64,000 nt of DNA from Actinomycetota bacterium (GTDB taxonomy: Bacteria; Actinomycetota; Actinomycetes; S36-B12): NCBI GenBank assembly GCA_016717115.1, contig JADKGE010000003.1, positions 21,037-85,036 of the forward strand, given 5' to 3'. Positions 56,168 to 64,000 of this stretch are shown one piece after another. Both the position numbers and the translations under genes were made by a program. The first letter of the stretch is position 1. The number at the start of each line of letters is the position of its first letter. The notes beneath the pieces were generated by a model. The model did not search any database and had not been told where the DNA came from. It saw only the letters and a list, made by a program, of their open reading frames with translations.

Positions 56168-56752
56168 ATGGCCGACAAGCCCATGTATCACGCGGGGTCG
56201 AGAGCCATCCAGGATCGATTCGACAGCCGCCGGATCGCCGACCGCCTGGAGCAGGTGACCGTCCACGAGGAACTATCCGAGTGGGACGTCCACTTCATCG
56301 AGCACGCGTCGATGTTCTTCCTCGCGACGGCTGACGCCGATGGATGGCCCGACTGCTCCTACAAGGGAGGCTTGCCGGGGTTTGTCGACGTGCTCGACGA
56401 CCGAACGTTGGCCTTTCCCAGCTACGACGGTAACGGGATGTTCCGTAGCCTCGGCAACATCGCCATCACCGCCAAGGTGGGCATGCTCTTCATCGACTTC
56501 GAGAACCCCAGCCGGATACGCATCAACGGCACGGCGACCGTGCACTTCGAAGGCGACCTAGTGGAGCACTTCGACGGCGCCCAGGCAGTCGTGCGCGTCG
56601 CCGTCCAACGCGTCTTCCCGAACTGCCCCCGTTACATTCACCGCATGCAGCTCCAGGACTACTCGGTGTACGCGCCGGCTCCGGGGCACGTCCCGCCTCA
56701 GCCTGACTGGAAGCAGAGTCCGGACTTCCGCGACGCCTTGCCAGGAACCTGA
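56168..56752 (+). CDS. pyridoxamine 5-phosphate oxidase-like FMN-binding protein
   Basis: FFLATADADGWPDCSYKGG...GNGMFRSLGNI...RIRINGTA. 194 aa. Confidence 0.75.
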   Translation: MADKPMYHAGSRAIQDRFDSRRIADRLEQVTVHEELSEWDVHFIEHASMFFLATADADGWPDCSYKGGLPGFVDVLDDRTLAFPSYDGNGMFRSLGNIAITAKVGMLFIDFENPSRIRINGTATVHFEGDLVEHFDGAQAVVRVAVQRVFPNCPRYIHRMQLQDYSVYAPAPGHVPPQPDWKQSPDFRDALPGT

Positions 56753-56823
56753 CCGATCCGGCAGATCCACGTACCGCCGGGTTGCGAGGCGATCCGAGTG
56801 GGGTGGGTTTGCTGCTGCTCGGT

Positions 56824-57336
56824 TCAGGGCACGGCCGTGACGGTCGTGGAGCCGGCGGCGTCGAGCACGGTGAAAGGTGCGGGCGGCACCTCGCCTGGGG
56901 GGACCTCGACGAAGACGAGGACGTGGCCGCCGGTCTGGGTGCCCTCGGATCGTGGCGCACCGTCGTAGGCGATGGACATCGTGCGCTTCGTGTCGTCGGA
57001 TGTGATGCCCGTGATGGTCGGATCCGCACCCACTTCGGGTGGAAGCACGAAGGTCACAATCGGCCAGTCTCGGGGGATGCCGGGGTCGGTCGGTTCGGTG
57101 AGGCAGGCGGACATGTCCAGCGTCGCCGAGACCCTGGCAGGACCGACGTCGGTCACGGTCGAGCAGCTGGCTAGGACCTCCCAGTTGGTCACGACGTCCT
57201 TCTTGACGAATCGCGCGACGACCAGGACGAGCGCGACGACGACGGCGACGACCACCACGATCCGGATCCACCCGGGTTGCGCGTCACCGGGCGATGGAAC
57301 AGCGATCGGGTCCACCCCTGCCGGCTCGTCGGCCAT
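56824..57336 (-). CDS. single-pass membrane-anchored protein, unknown function
   Basis: 170 aa. TM segment WIRIVVVVAVVVALVLVVARF followed by an extracytoplasmic domain. Divergent from the MarR gene. Confidence 0.5.
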   Translation of the reverse strand: MADEPAGVDPIAVPSPGDAQPGWIRIVVVVAVVVALVLVVARFVKKDVVTNWEVLASCSTVTDVGPARVSATLDMSACLTEPTDPGIPRDWPIVTFVLPPEVGADPTITGITSDDTKRTMSIAYDGAPRSEGTQTGGHVLVFVEVPPGEVPPAPFTVLDAAGSTTVTAVP

Positions 57337-57387
57337 GTACAGTCCTTACATGTAGTCATACAATTGATGTACGGTAGCACTTGAAGG

Positions 57388-57891
57388 ATGAATTCACGGC
57401 GCAAAGTGGACGCGAAGGGAGCAGTCGTGGACCAGCTCGATGCGACGGCGGTGGAGGTTCTGACGGCCTCGCGGGCCCTGCTGGGTGTTGTTGCCCGCTC
57501 GGTCGCCCCGGTGCTGGACCGGGTCACTGTCCCGCAGTTCCGGGTGCTCGTGATCCTGTCCACATCGGATGGCCCTGTCCGCAGTGGCGACCTGGCCGCG
57601 GCCTTGGGGGTGCATCCGTCGACGTTCACGCGGACCGCGGATCGGCTCGTCGGCGCGGGCTGGGTGCTCCGCGCCGAGAACCCCGACAATCGGCGCGAGA
57701 CGTTGGTCGAGCTGACCGCCGAGGGAGCCCGGCTCGTGGCGCAGGTCACCGACCAGCGCCGCCACGAGATCACGACGATCCTGGCCCGCCTTGAGCCCAC
57801 CGAGCGCGACCTGGTCCTGGACGCGATGACGCTGTTCGCCCGCGCAGCAGGCGAGCCGCGGGTGCGCGACCTGCTCACCTTGGGGGTCTGA
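57388..57891 (+). CDS. MarR family transcriptional regulator
   Basis: VPQFRVLVILSTSDGPVRSGDLAAALGVHPSTFTRTADRLVGAGWVLR...DNRRETLVELT. GTG 57424 with AAGGGAG upstream is an alternative start. Confidence 0.85.
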   Translation: MNSRRKVDAKGAVVDQLDATAVEVLTASRALLGVVARSVAPVLDRVTVPQFRVLVILSTSDGPVRSGDLAAALGVHPSTFTRTADRLVGAGWVLRAENPDNRRETLVELTAEGARLVAQVTDQRRHEITTILARLEPTERDLVLDAMTLFARAAGEPRVRDLLTLGV

Positions 57892-57952
57892 GATCGACAC
57901 GACGTCCATCCCATCCGCCGGCGGCCGCGTCGCCACAAGAGAGGAGCCCGAC

Positions 57953-58113
57953 ATGTCCACCCTTCATGGCACCGATGCGTCTGTTGACGACGCCTTCGAG
58001 AACGCGAGTCGATTGACGCTCTTCGCGGTCGCCGCCGCCGGAGCCGCGGTCGTCATTGGCGCGGTCCTCATCGACCGCCTGCTGCACCACGCCTCCAACC
58101 TTCCCGTGGGGTA
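57953..58113 (+). CDS. 53-aa single-TM protein downstream of marR
   Basis: Own translation MSTLHGTDASVDDAFENASRLTLFAVAAAGAAVVIGAVLIDRLLHHASNLPVG. AGAGGAG RBS about 8 nt upstream. Below the track cutoff. Confidence 0.45.
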
Positions 58114-58142
58114 GCGGCCCGCGGCCGACGTCCAACGCGTCG

Positions 58143-58916
58143 CTAGACCCGCACCTCGGCCAGCGGTTCGCCCGTGGGGTGCTCGGCGCCCGGGTCCTCG
58201 ACTGTGAGCATGAAGGCCGCTGCGTCGTTCACCCCGGTGTGCAGCATCACCGACACGTGCCCGTCGCGGTCGGGCGTGAACGTGGCGGCGGACGTCATCG
58301 AGCCATCCGCCATCACCGTCCACATGTGGTACTCCCGCCCGGACGCGGGCATCGGCAGATCGGTGGCCATAACCGCGCCCATGTCCATCCCGCTGGACAC
58401 GACCAGTTTGGCCGTGCCCTGCGGGAGGTCCAGGGGCATGAAGTGCGCGTCCGGGGCGCTCGTGACGTCCAGGATCACCTGGGCCTCACCGTCGGCGACG
58501 ACCTGCCCCGAGGTGTCGCCGACGTGCAGGACGCCGGTCGTCGCGACTAGGCCAGCCCCGAGGATGAACGCGGCGGCGGCAGCTGCCGGCCACATCCAGC
58601 GCCCCCGGTGGGAGGCAAGGGGAGTGGGCGCCGGCACGGTCCCCTGCGCGTCGTCATCGACAATGCCCACCGAAGCAGAGGGGCCGAACAGCGAGGCCAT
58701 CAACTGGTCCTCGACGTGGGACGGCGGCGCGACGTTGGACGCCGACGCGAGGTCCGCGACGGTGTCCGAGACCGCGGCAACTTCGGCCTGGCACGCGGCG
58801 CAAGTGGGCAGGTGTCCGGTGAAGCGTTCGGACTCGCCGGGGTCGAGGGCATCCAACAGGAATCCGGGCAGCAGGTCGTGGGGATCGCCGGCCAGGTCGT
58901 GCCACGGGGTGGTCAT
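58143..58916 (-). CDS. rskA: anti-sigma-K factor RskA-like (zf-HC2 N-terminus, TM, extracytoplasmic domain)
   Basis: ATG 58916 (ATGA overlap with the sigma gene), in frame in ORF 58143..59246. HLPTCAACQAEV. TM WPAAAAAAFILGAGLVATT. C-terminal REYHMWTV...AFMLTVE pattern. Confidence 0.75.
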   Translation of the reverse strand: MTTPWHDLAGDPHDLLPGFLLDALDPGESERFTGHLPTCAACQAEVAAVSDTVADLASASNVAPPSHVEDQLMASLFGPSASVGIVDDDAQGTVPAPTPLASHRGRWMWPAAAAAAFILGAGLVATTGVLHVGDTSGQVVADGEAQVILDVTSAPDAHFMPLDLPQGTAKLVVSSGMDMGAVMATDLPMPASGREYHMWTVMADGSMTSAATFTPDRDGHVSVMLHTGVNDAAAFMLTVEDPGAEHPTGEPLAEVRV

Positions 58917-59494
58917 GTCGTCCCCTCCATCTCGAGTCGGAGCCGCTGCAACGCGTCGCGTAGTCGGGTCTTCGCCGTTCCGAGCGGGATGCCCAGGTGG
59001 TCGGCGATCTGGGCCTGGGTCATGCCTCGGTGGTAGGCCAGGTCGAGCACCTGCCGCTGCAACGGGGTCAGGGCGGCCAGCGCCGAGCGCACGCGGCGGT
59101 GCTCGGCGCGCAGTTCGACGATCTCCGCGACCGAGTCGTGGTCGACGACGAGCTGGCCGGTCCCCCAGGCACGGCCGCGTTGCCGGTCGGCCTGGTCGCG
59201 CCGGACGCGGTCCACGGCCCGTCGGTGCACGAGCGTCATGATCCACGCCCGGGCGGACCCGGATCCCGGATCGAAGCGGCTCGCGTCGGTCCAGACCTGG
59301 GTGAAGGCCTCCTGCAGCGCGTCCTGCGCGAGGTGCTCGTCGCGCAGGACGCGCAGCGCCAGGCCGTAGGCGGCCGGACTGAATTCCCGGTACAAGGCCT
59401 GGAACGCAGCCCGCTCGCCCATCGCGCAGGCCGCGAGCAGCCGTTCCGGCGACGACGCGGCGTCGACCGGAACAGGGACTGGCTCGGGCTGCAT
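58913..59494 (-). CDS. sigK: ECF sigma factor, SigK-like
   Basis: FQALYREFSPAAYGLALRVLRDEHLAQDALQEAFTQVW...ARAWIMTLVHRRAVD...LTPLQRQVLDLAYHRGMTQAQIADHLGIPLGTAKTRLR. Confidence 0.8.
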   Translation of the reverse strand: MQPEPVPVPVDAASSPERLLAACAMGERAAFQALYREFSPAAYGLALRVLRDEHLAQDALQEAFTQVWTDASRFDPGSGSARAWIMTLVHRRAVDRVRRDQADRQRGRAWGTGQLVVDHDSVAEIVELRAEHRRVRSALAALTPLQRQVLDLAYHRGMTQAQIADHLGIPLGTAKTRLRDALQRLRLEMEGTT

Positions 59495-59528
59495 CAGCTC
59501 AGGTGCTCCAGGAGGCTGGTCGGTGGGA

Positions 59529-59783
59529 TCAGGAGGCCGGGGACTCGCTCATCATCGCGTCCTCCGACGCCTTCGGCGACTCCTCCATCATCGCGTCCGA
59601 CGGTGAGGGCGACTCCTCCATCATGGCGTCCGACGGCTTGGGTGATTCGCTCATCATGGCCGGGGAGTCGCTCATGGTGGCGGCGGGTGTGGGATCCGAG
59701 CTGCTGCTCGAGCAGCCCGAGAGGCCGACGACGGCCAGGACGGCGGTCGTGACGGTGATGACGGCTGGGCGGGTGATGTTCAT
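59529..59783 (-). CDS. 84-aa lipoprotein with Met-rich tandem repeats
   Basis: ATG 59783 with GAGGAG upstream (in frame in ORF 59529..59900). Lipobox VVGLSGC. Repeats SDAMMEESP(S/K) with flanking MMSESP units. Confidence 0.6.
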   Translation of the reverse strand: MNITRPAVITVTTAVLAVVGLSGCSSSSSDPTPAATMSDSPAMMSESPKPSDAMMEESPSPSDAMMEESPKASEDAMMSESPAS

Positions 59784-59896
59784 GGGTGCTCCTCGTGGTC
59801 GTGGGTCGGCGGTGGCCGCCGGTCGTCGGCCATTCGCACCGGCCGGTGCGGTGGATTGGTCGCACCGGTGGGATTCGGGTGAGGTGGGATTCCGGG

Positions 59897-61666
59897 TCAT
59901 CCGAAGGTGAAGGCGTACGCGGCGACTCCGGGTGTGGCCGTGAGGGTGAGGAGCGCGTCGTGGCGGGCGGCCTTGTCGAGGGTGTACAGCGTGGGGGAGC
60001 CGTGGACGTCGATCGTCCGGGCCGTCTTGCCGTCGACGGTGACGTCGATGCTGCCCTCTCCGCCGAGGACGAGGAACACCTTGTTCGCGGTGTAACGCAG
60101 CTGCAGACGGGCACCGTTACCGGCGGTGATGCTCTCGGGGCCGATCGTCCACTCACCGTCGAGGGCCACCCCGTCCGGTGGGACCGTCCCAGGCGCCTCG
60201 TATGTGTGGGTGCTGCCGGCGACGAGGTCGGGGTTTGCGTACGCGTTGGCGCGCTCGGAGCCCAGGTACGTCTCGGGGGTCGTTCCGGGCATCATCGCCG
60301 GCGTGACGGCGGGCGCGCCTTCGGCTGCGATGGCGGCCGCGTCGGGTGCCTTCTGGTCGAGGAGCTGGCGGATGAGGGCCTCGGTCTGGTCGTAGGATCC
60401 CTCGCCGTAATGGACCTGCCGGACGGTCCCGTTCTTGTCGATGAGGTAGTGGGCGGGCCAGAACCGCTGGTCGTACGCGCGCCATGTCTTGAAGTCGTTG
60501 TCGATCGCGATCGGGTACGTCACTCCTAGCCGGGCGGCCTGGTCGGCGACGTTGCCGACCTCGTGCTCGAAGGCGAACTCCGGTGAGTGGACGCCGACGA
60601 TGGTCAGGCCCTTGTCCCGGTACTTGGCGTCCCACGCCGTCAGGTACGGCAGGGTCCGCTGGCAGTTGATGCAGGAGTACGTCCAGAAGTCGACGAGGAC
60701 GACGCGGCCGCGCAGCGCCTCGAGGGTCAGGGCCTTCCCGCCGGGGGTGTTCAGCCACGCTTGGATGCCGACGAAGTCGCGCGCGGTGCCGCAGTTGGCC
60801 AGCGTGCTCGGGTCCTTTTCGCACTTGTCGAACGACATCACTGGGCCGAGGCCGGGGGAGTCGACGGGGACCGTGCCGGGTTCCGGTCCGGCCGCCGCCG
60901 GGCCGTTGAGGGTGCCGAGGGCTTCGCGTGCGGCGGTGCTGTCCTCGATCTGGCTCTGGGCCGCGGTGACGTAGCTGGGCACCAGGCGCTGCACCTGGTC
61001 GGCAAGGCCGAAGAAGACGGCCAGCGCGGTGACGATGAGGACGGCTCCGGTGATGCGGCGGACCAGGGGCATGCGGGTGCGCACGGCCGTGATCCGGGTG
61101 GCCATCTGCTGCCCGGCCAACGCGAACGCCAGCAGGGGCAGGGCGACGCCGATCGAGAACGCGATGGTCAGCACGATCAGGCCGGACTGCACCTGGTTGG
61201 TGGCGGCGAGCACCGTGATGGTTGCCAGGACGGGGCCGGCGCACGGCACGAAGGCGAGCCCAAAGGTGGCGCCGAACAGGAATGCGGACCCGCTACGACG
61301 CGGTCCGACGCGGCTGAATCGGGCGAAGGGCCGTTCGAGGAGGTGGCCAACGGCCGGGATGAGGAACCCGATGCCGACCAGGATCATCGCGGCGATCCCG
61401 ATATTGCGGAGCAGGTCAGCGGGCAGCCCCAGGGCCGCGAGCAGGGAGGCCCCGATCAGGGTGAACACCGCAAACGAGGTGACCAGTCCGGCGATTACAA
61501 TGAACGGGCGCTTCCGGTCCGGCTTCGGCTGAGTACCCGTCGTGGGATCCGCCAGGCCGGGCGGGATCGCGGAGGTCGCGAGAACCGCGGGCAGCACCGG
61601 GAGGATGCAGGGGGACAGGCCGGTGACGATGCCCGACAGCAGGCCGATGAGTACCAGGGTCAACAT
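59897..61666 (-). CDS. dipZ: DipZ-like fusion: CcdA/DsbD membrane thiol-disulfide transporter + thioredoxin-like domain + C-terminal beta domain
   Basis: LSPCILPVLP and FVPCAGPVL (CcdA Cys pair). WTYSCINCQRTLP (CxxC thioredoxin fold). 589 aa. Confidence 0.8.
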   Translation of the reverse strand: MLTLVLIGLLSGIVTGLSPCILPVLPAVLATSAIPPGLADPTTGTQPKPDRKRPFIVIAGLVTSFAVFTLIGASLLAALGLPADLLRNIGIAAMILVGIGFLIPAVGHLLERPFARFSRVGPRRSGSAFLFGATFGLAFVPCAGPVLATITVLAATNQVQSGLIVLTIAFSIGVALPLLAFALAGQQMATRITAVRTRMPLVRRITGAVLIVTALAVFFGLADQVQRLVPSYVTAAQSQIEDSTAAREALGTLNGPAAAGPEPGTVPVDSPGLGPVMSFDKCEKDPSTLANCGTARDFVGIQAWLNTPGGKALTLEALRGRVVLVDFWTYSCINCQRTLPYLTAWDAKYRDKGLTIVGVHSPEFAFEHEVGNVADQAARLGVTYPIAIDNDFKTWRAYDQRFWPAHYLIDKNGTVRQVHYGEGSYDQTEALIRQLLDQKAPDAAAIAAEGAPAVTPAMMPGTTPETYLGSERANAYANPDLVAGSTHTYEAPGTVPPDGVALDGEWTIGPESITAGNGARLQLRYTANKVFLVLGGEGSIDVTVDGKTARTIDVHGSPTLYTLDKAARHDALLTLTATPGVAAYAFTFG

Positions 61667-61713
61667 GCTGGCTATTCGCCACGCGAGAGCCCGAGGATTG
61701 GTCGGGCGCGAGG

Positions 61714-62448
61714 TCAGTCGGCCGCGGGTGCCGGTTCGGGGCCGTCGAGGTGGGGGTAGGGAGCACCAACGATCCAGCCCCCGTAGTGCCGTGGTTCGTC
61801 GTCGGAGGTCACGAGGCGTGCCTGGTCGCCGACGGTGATCGTCCCGGGTCGGATGACCCAGCAGTTCAGCGCGAGCTCACCGCCGAAGTCGCGCCGGATC
61901 TCACGCAGGACATCGAGGTCCTGCTCTCCGGTGTCGGGGTCGATGGTCGTGACGATGCAGCGGGCGCGCAGCGAGTCGATACCGATCAGGACGTCACCGA
62001 TCGCCAGTGCATGCCCGGGCCAGTTGGCCTCATCTCCGGTGGCGACCCCGGAGATGAGGACGTTCGGGCGCAGACGGCGAACGTCGTGGCCGAACCGTGC
62101 GACGGCCTCGTCGGTGGCGACGAGCAGGTTGAGGACGTCGAACCGCTGCGGACTTTCATCGGCGACCAGCGCCGCGCCGTCCCCAGCCCGCTGGCGAACC
62201 AACTCCACGACCTGCGGGGAGTCCCACGACTGACCATTCACCAGCGGAATGCCGTCAGGACCCGTGCGCACCGGGAGAGTCAGCAGGCCGTGCCGCGTGC
62301 GGCCGGTGAGAGGACCTCGCGGTCCCCGCACATGAACGATCCGGTCCCCGCGGACTCCGTCCGCCGTCAACTCGGCGGACGCGAGCCGCTCCCCGCCCAG
62401 GGACTTCACCGGATAGCGCCACAGTCCTGCGACCTGCATGCGGCTCAT
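61714..62448 (-). CDS. MOSC domain-containing protein
   Basis: LWRYPVKSLGGERL...RPNVLISG...LRARCIVTTIDPDTG (conserved MOSC Cys). ATG 62448 or 62439 inside ORF 61714..62553. Confidence 0.8.
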   Translation of the reverse strand: MSRMQVAGLWRYPVKSLGGERLASAELTADGVRGDRIVHVRGPRGPLTGRTRHGLLTLPVRTGPDGIPLVNGQSWDSPQVVELVRQRAGDGAALVADESPQRFDVLNLLVATDEAVARFGHDVRRLRPNVLISGVATGDEANWPGHALAIGDVLIGIDSLRARCIVTTIDPDTGEQDLDVLREIRRDFGGELALNCWVIRPGTITVGDQARLVTSDDEPRHYGGWIVGAPYPHLDGPEPAPAAD

Positions 62449-62575
62449 TGTGCGGGGTCCGTCAAGACCATCCCGTGATTCGGTGTCGAGACCGAATGGC
62501 AGCCGCGCTCCGCGTAAGGTCAGCGGTGGTGCGCCGGGAAGTCTGGTCGGCAAGTCGTCGACCTATGGAGATCAT

Positions 62576-63982
62576 GTGCCCACCGAGCCCACCGGCGCCG
62601 ATCGTTCGTCACGCGCTCGCGGTGTGCTGTTCAGCCGCCCCGCCCTGCTGATCGCCTTTGCCTTCGCGGTGATGGCCGACCCCGTCTCGTCGGTCGCCTA
62701 CGCCATCGAGGCGGCCTTGCGTGCGCTGGGTGGCGACCTGGCTCTCCTGCTGCCGACGATGGCGCTCGTCGTCGCCGTGGTCGCGCTCGTGATCACCAAC
62801 TACCACCAGCTCGTGGCCCGCTTCCCCGAGGGCGGCGGGGCAGCAGCAGCGGCGGGCGCGGCGTTCGGCGAGGGCTGGGCCTTCATCCCGATCGGCGCGC
62901 TGATCGTGGATTTCGTCCTCACCATCGCCATCAGCGTCTCGGCGGCCGCGTCCGCGGTGATCGCGTACGTGCCGGGGCTCGCTCCGTGGCGTGTCCCGCT
63001 GGCGGTCCTGGTCGTGACAGCGGTCGCCGCGCTGACCTGGTTCGGGCATCTGGGCCGGGCCGTGTTCGCCGTCATGACCATCGGCTTCGTGCTTGTCGGC
63101 GCGATGGTGCTCACCGGTGGGCTCACGGCTGCACCCGTCGACACCGTTGCTGCAGCGACGCCGCCCGGTGGCCACGTGGCTTTCGTCGCGATCCTGCTGG
63201 CGTTCCCTGTCGCGATGGCACTGGCCACCGGAGTCGAGGCTCCTTCCTCGGCCATCGCCCAACTCGGCCAGCTCGACGACGCCGGTCGCCGGCGCTTCGG
63301 CCGGGTCACGCTGTGGCTGACCTTGGGCATCGTCGGAACCCTGACCTTGGGCCTGACGGCGATCGCCGTCCGACTGGGTATCGGCATCCCGGCACCGGAG
63401 TCCACCCAGATCGCGAATATCGCGCAGGCGAGCGTGGGACCACGCCTCTATGCGGTGTTCCAGCTCCTGACCGCCCTGCTGCTTCTTGCGGCTGCGAGCT
63501 CCAGCTTCCAGGCCGGCCCGGGCCTGCTCAAGGCCCTGGCCCGTCGCACCCACCTAGACGGCAACGAGACCGGCATCCTGCACCCCCGCATGGGTGTCGC
63601 CAATCAGCACCACACCCCCTACTGGGCCGTCGCCCTATTCCTGCTCGTCTCGATCGCCGTGGTCGTCGCTGCGGGCGCGCAGGACCAGGAGCTCGTGCTG
63701 TTCTACGCAGTGTCGGTGTTCATGAGCTTCCTCGTCGGGTTGATCGCGATGGCGAAGTTCGACCACACCGAGCATCGACGCGTCAGCATGGCCGTCAGCG
63801 TCCTCGGCGCCGTCGTCATCGGGTTCACCCTGATCGTGAACCTGCTCCGCGGATACCCGATCGTGTCCCTGGGCGCCGCCTGCGGCATCGCTGGGATCCT
63901 GTACTGGCTGTGGGTGCGCGCCGGTCGACCACGGGGCATCGCCCGCGCGGTCATCGACGCCGAAGCGCAGACGGATCAGTGA
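62576..63982 (+). CDS. APC-superfamily amino acid/polyamine permease
   Basis: GTG 62576 with GGAG 5 nt upstream (in frame in ORF 62438..63982). About 12 TM. FAVMADPVSSVAYAIEAAL, ARFPEGGGAAAAAG. Confidence 0.7.
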   Translation: MPTEPTGADRSSRARGVLFSRPALLIAFAFAVMADPVSSVAYAIEAALRALGGDLALLLPTMALVVAVVALVITNYHQLVARFPEGGGAAAAAGAAFGEGWAFIPIGALIVDFVLTIAISVSAAASAVIAYVPGLAPWRVPLAVLVVTAVAALTWFGHLGRAVFAVMTIGFVLVGAMVLTGGLTAAPVDTVAAATPPGGHVAFVAILLAFPVAMALATGVEAPSSAIAQLGQLDDAGRRRFGRVTLWLTLGIVGTLTLGLTAIAVRLGIGIPAPESTQIANIAQASVGPRLYAVFQLLTALLLLAAASSSFQAGPGLLKALARRTHLDGNETGILHPRMGVANQHHTPYWAVALFLLVSIAVVVAAGAQDQELVLFYAVSVFMSFLVGLIAMAKFDHTEHRRVSMAVSVLGAVVIGFTLIVNLLRGYPIVSLGAACGIAGILYWLWVRAGRPRGIARAVIDAEAQTDQ

Positions 63983-64000
63983 CCGCAGCACGAATCAGGA

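Noticed and set aside
39431-59660. CRISPR array candidates: the CAAGAAC tract, the CACGAC microsatellite and the 36-nt repeats in the Met-rich lipoprotein gene.
   Set aside because: Repeat units are far too short or lie within coding sequence. There are no regularly spaced unique spacers and no cas genes in the window.

Overview
High-GC (roughly 68-70 percent by eye) actinobacterial chromosomal segment. It is gene-dense, with many GTG/TTG starts and 4-nt start/stop overlaps.

Layout:
(1) 1-2.1 kb: small secreted and lipoprotein genes plus a DUF6325-like/SHOCT pair.
(2) 3.06-23.3 kb: a large accessory metabolic supercluster, the most unusual part of the window.
- It holds the signature genes of the Nit1C / MSMEG_0565-0572 nitrogen-starvation cluster (GNAT, radical SAM, glycosyltransferase, sll0787-type AIR-synthase-like) but no nitrilase.
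- It also holds an oxamate-transcarbamylase-type set (carbamate kinase, FdrA, DUF1116, DUF2877), a ComA-like phosphosulfolactate synthase, two fumarate-lyase-superfamily enzymes and an ACC-deaminase/CuyA-like PLP enzyme.
- Further members are a NiCoT cobalt/nickel permease, a CoADR-like flavoprotein, a DsrE-like protein and a complete cobalt-type nitrile hydratase (beta, alpha, accessory).
- All four divergent promoter regions in this block share an exact ATAGTGAA 8-mer.
(3) 25.3-36.6 kb: nitrate respiration locus (narK, narK, regulator, narGHJI, moeA).
(4) 36.8-48.7 kb: an integrated element with tyrosine integrase, excisionase and arm-type repeats. Its cargo is a LacI-controlled sugar ABC transporter, an alpha-glucosidase and a fructosidase-like enzyme.
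(5) 48.8-50.2 kb: an intact IS256-family IS with an 8-bp target duplication.
(6) 50.5-53.3 kb: a nuclease-like pseudogene, an FMN reductase and an ECF sigma/anti-sigma pair.
(7) 53.8-64 kb: TetR-ABC exporter, PNPOx-like protein, MarR, SigK-RskA-DipZ module, MOSC protein and APC permease.

Four direct copies of a 41-nt tRNA-Thr(CGU)-like 3-prime half (at 2068, 36836, 48630, 53549) divide the window into island-like segments. I found no intact tRNA, rRNA or CRISPR array.

All functional calls rest on my own recognition of motifs in the supplied translations; no database search was run. Start codons were chosen by eye from RBS and overlap logic.
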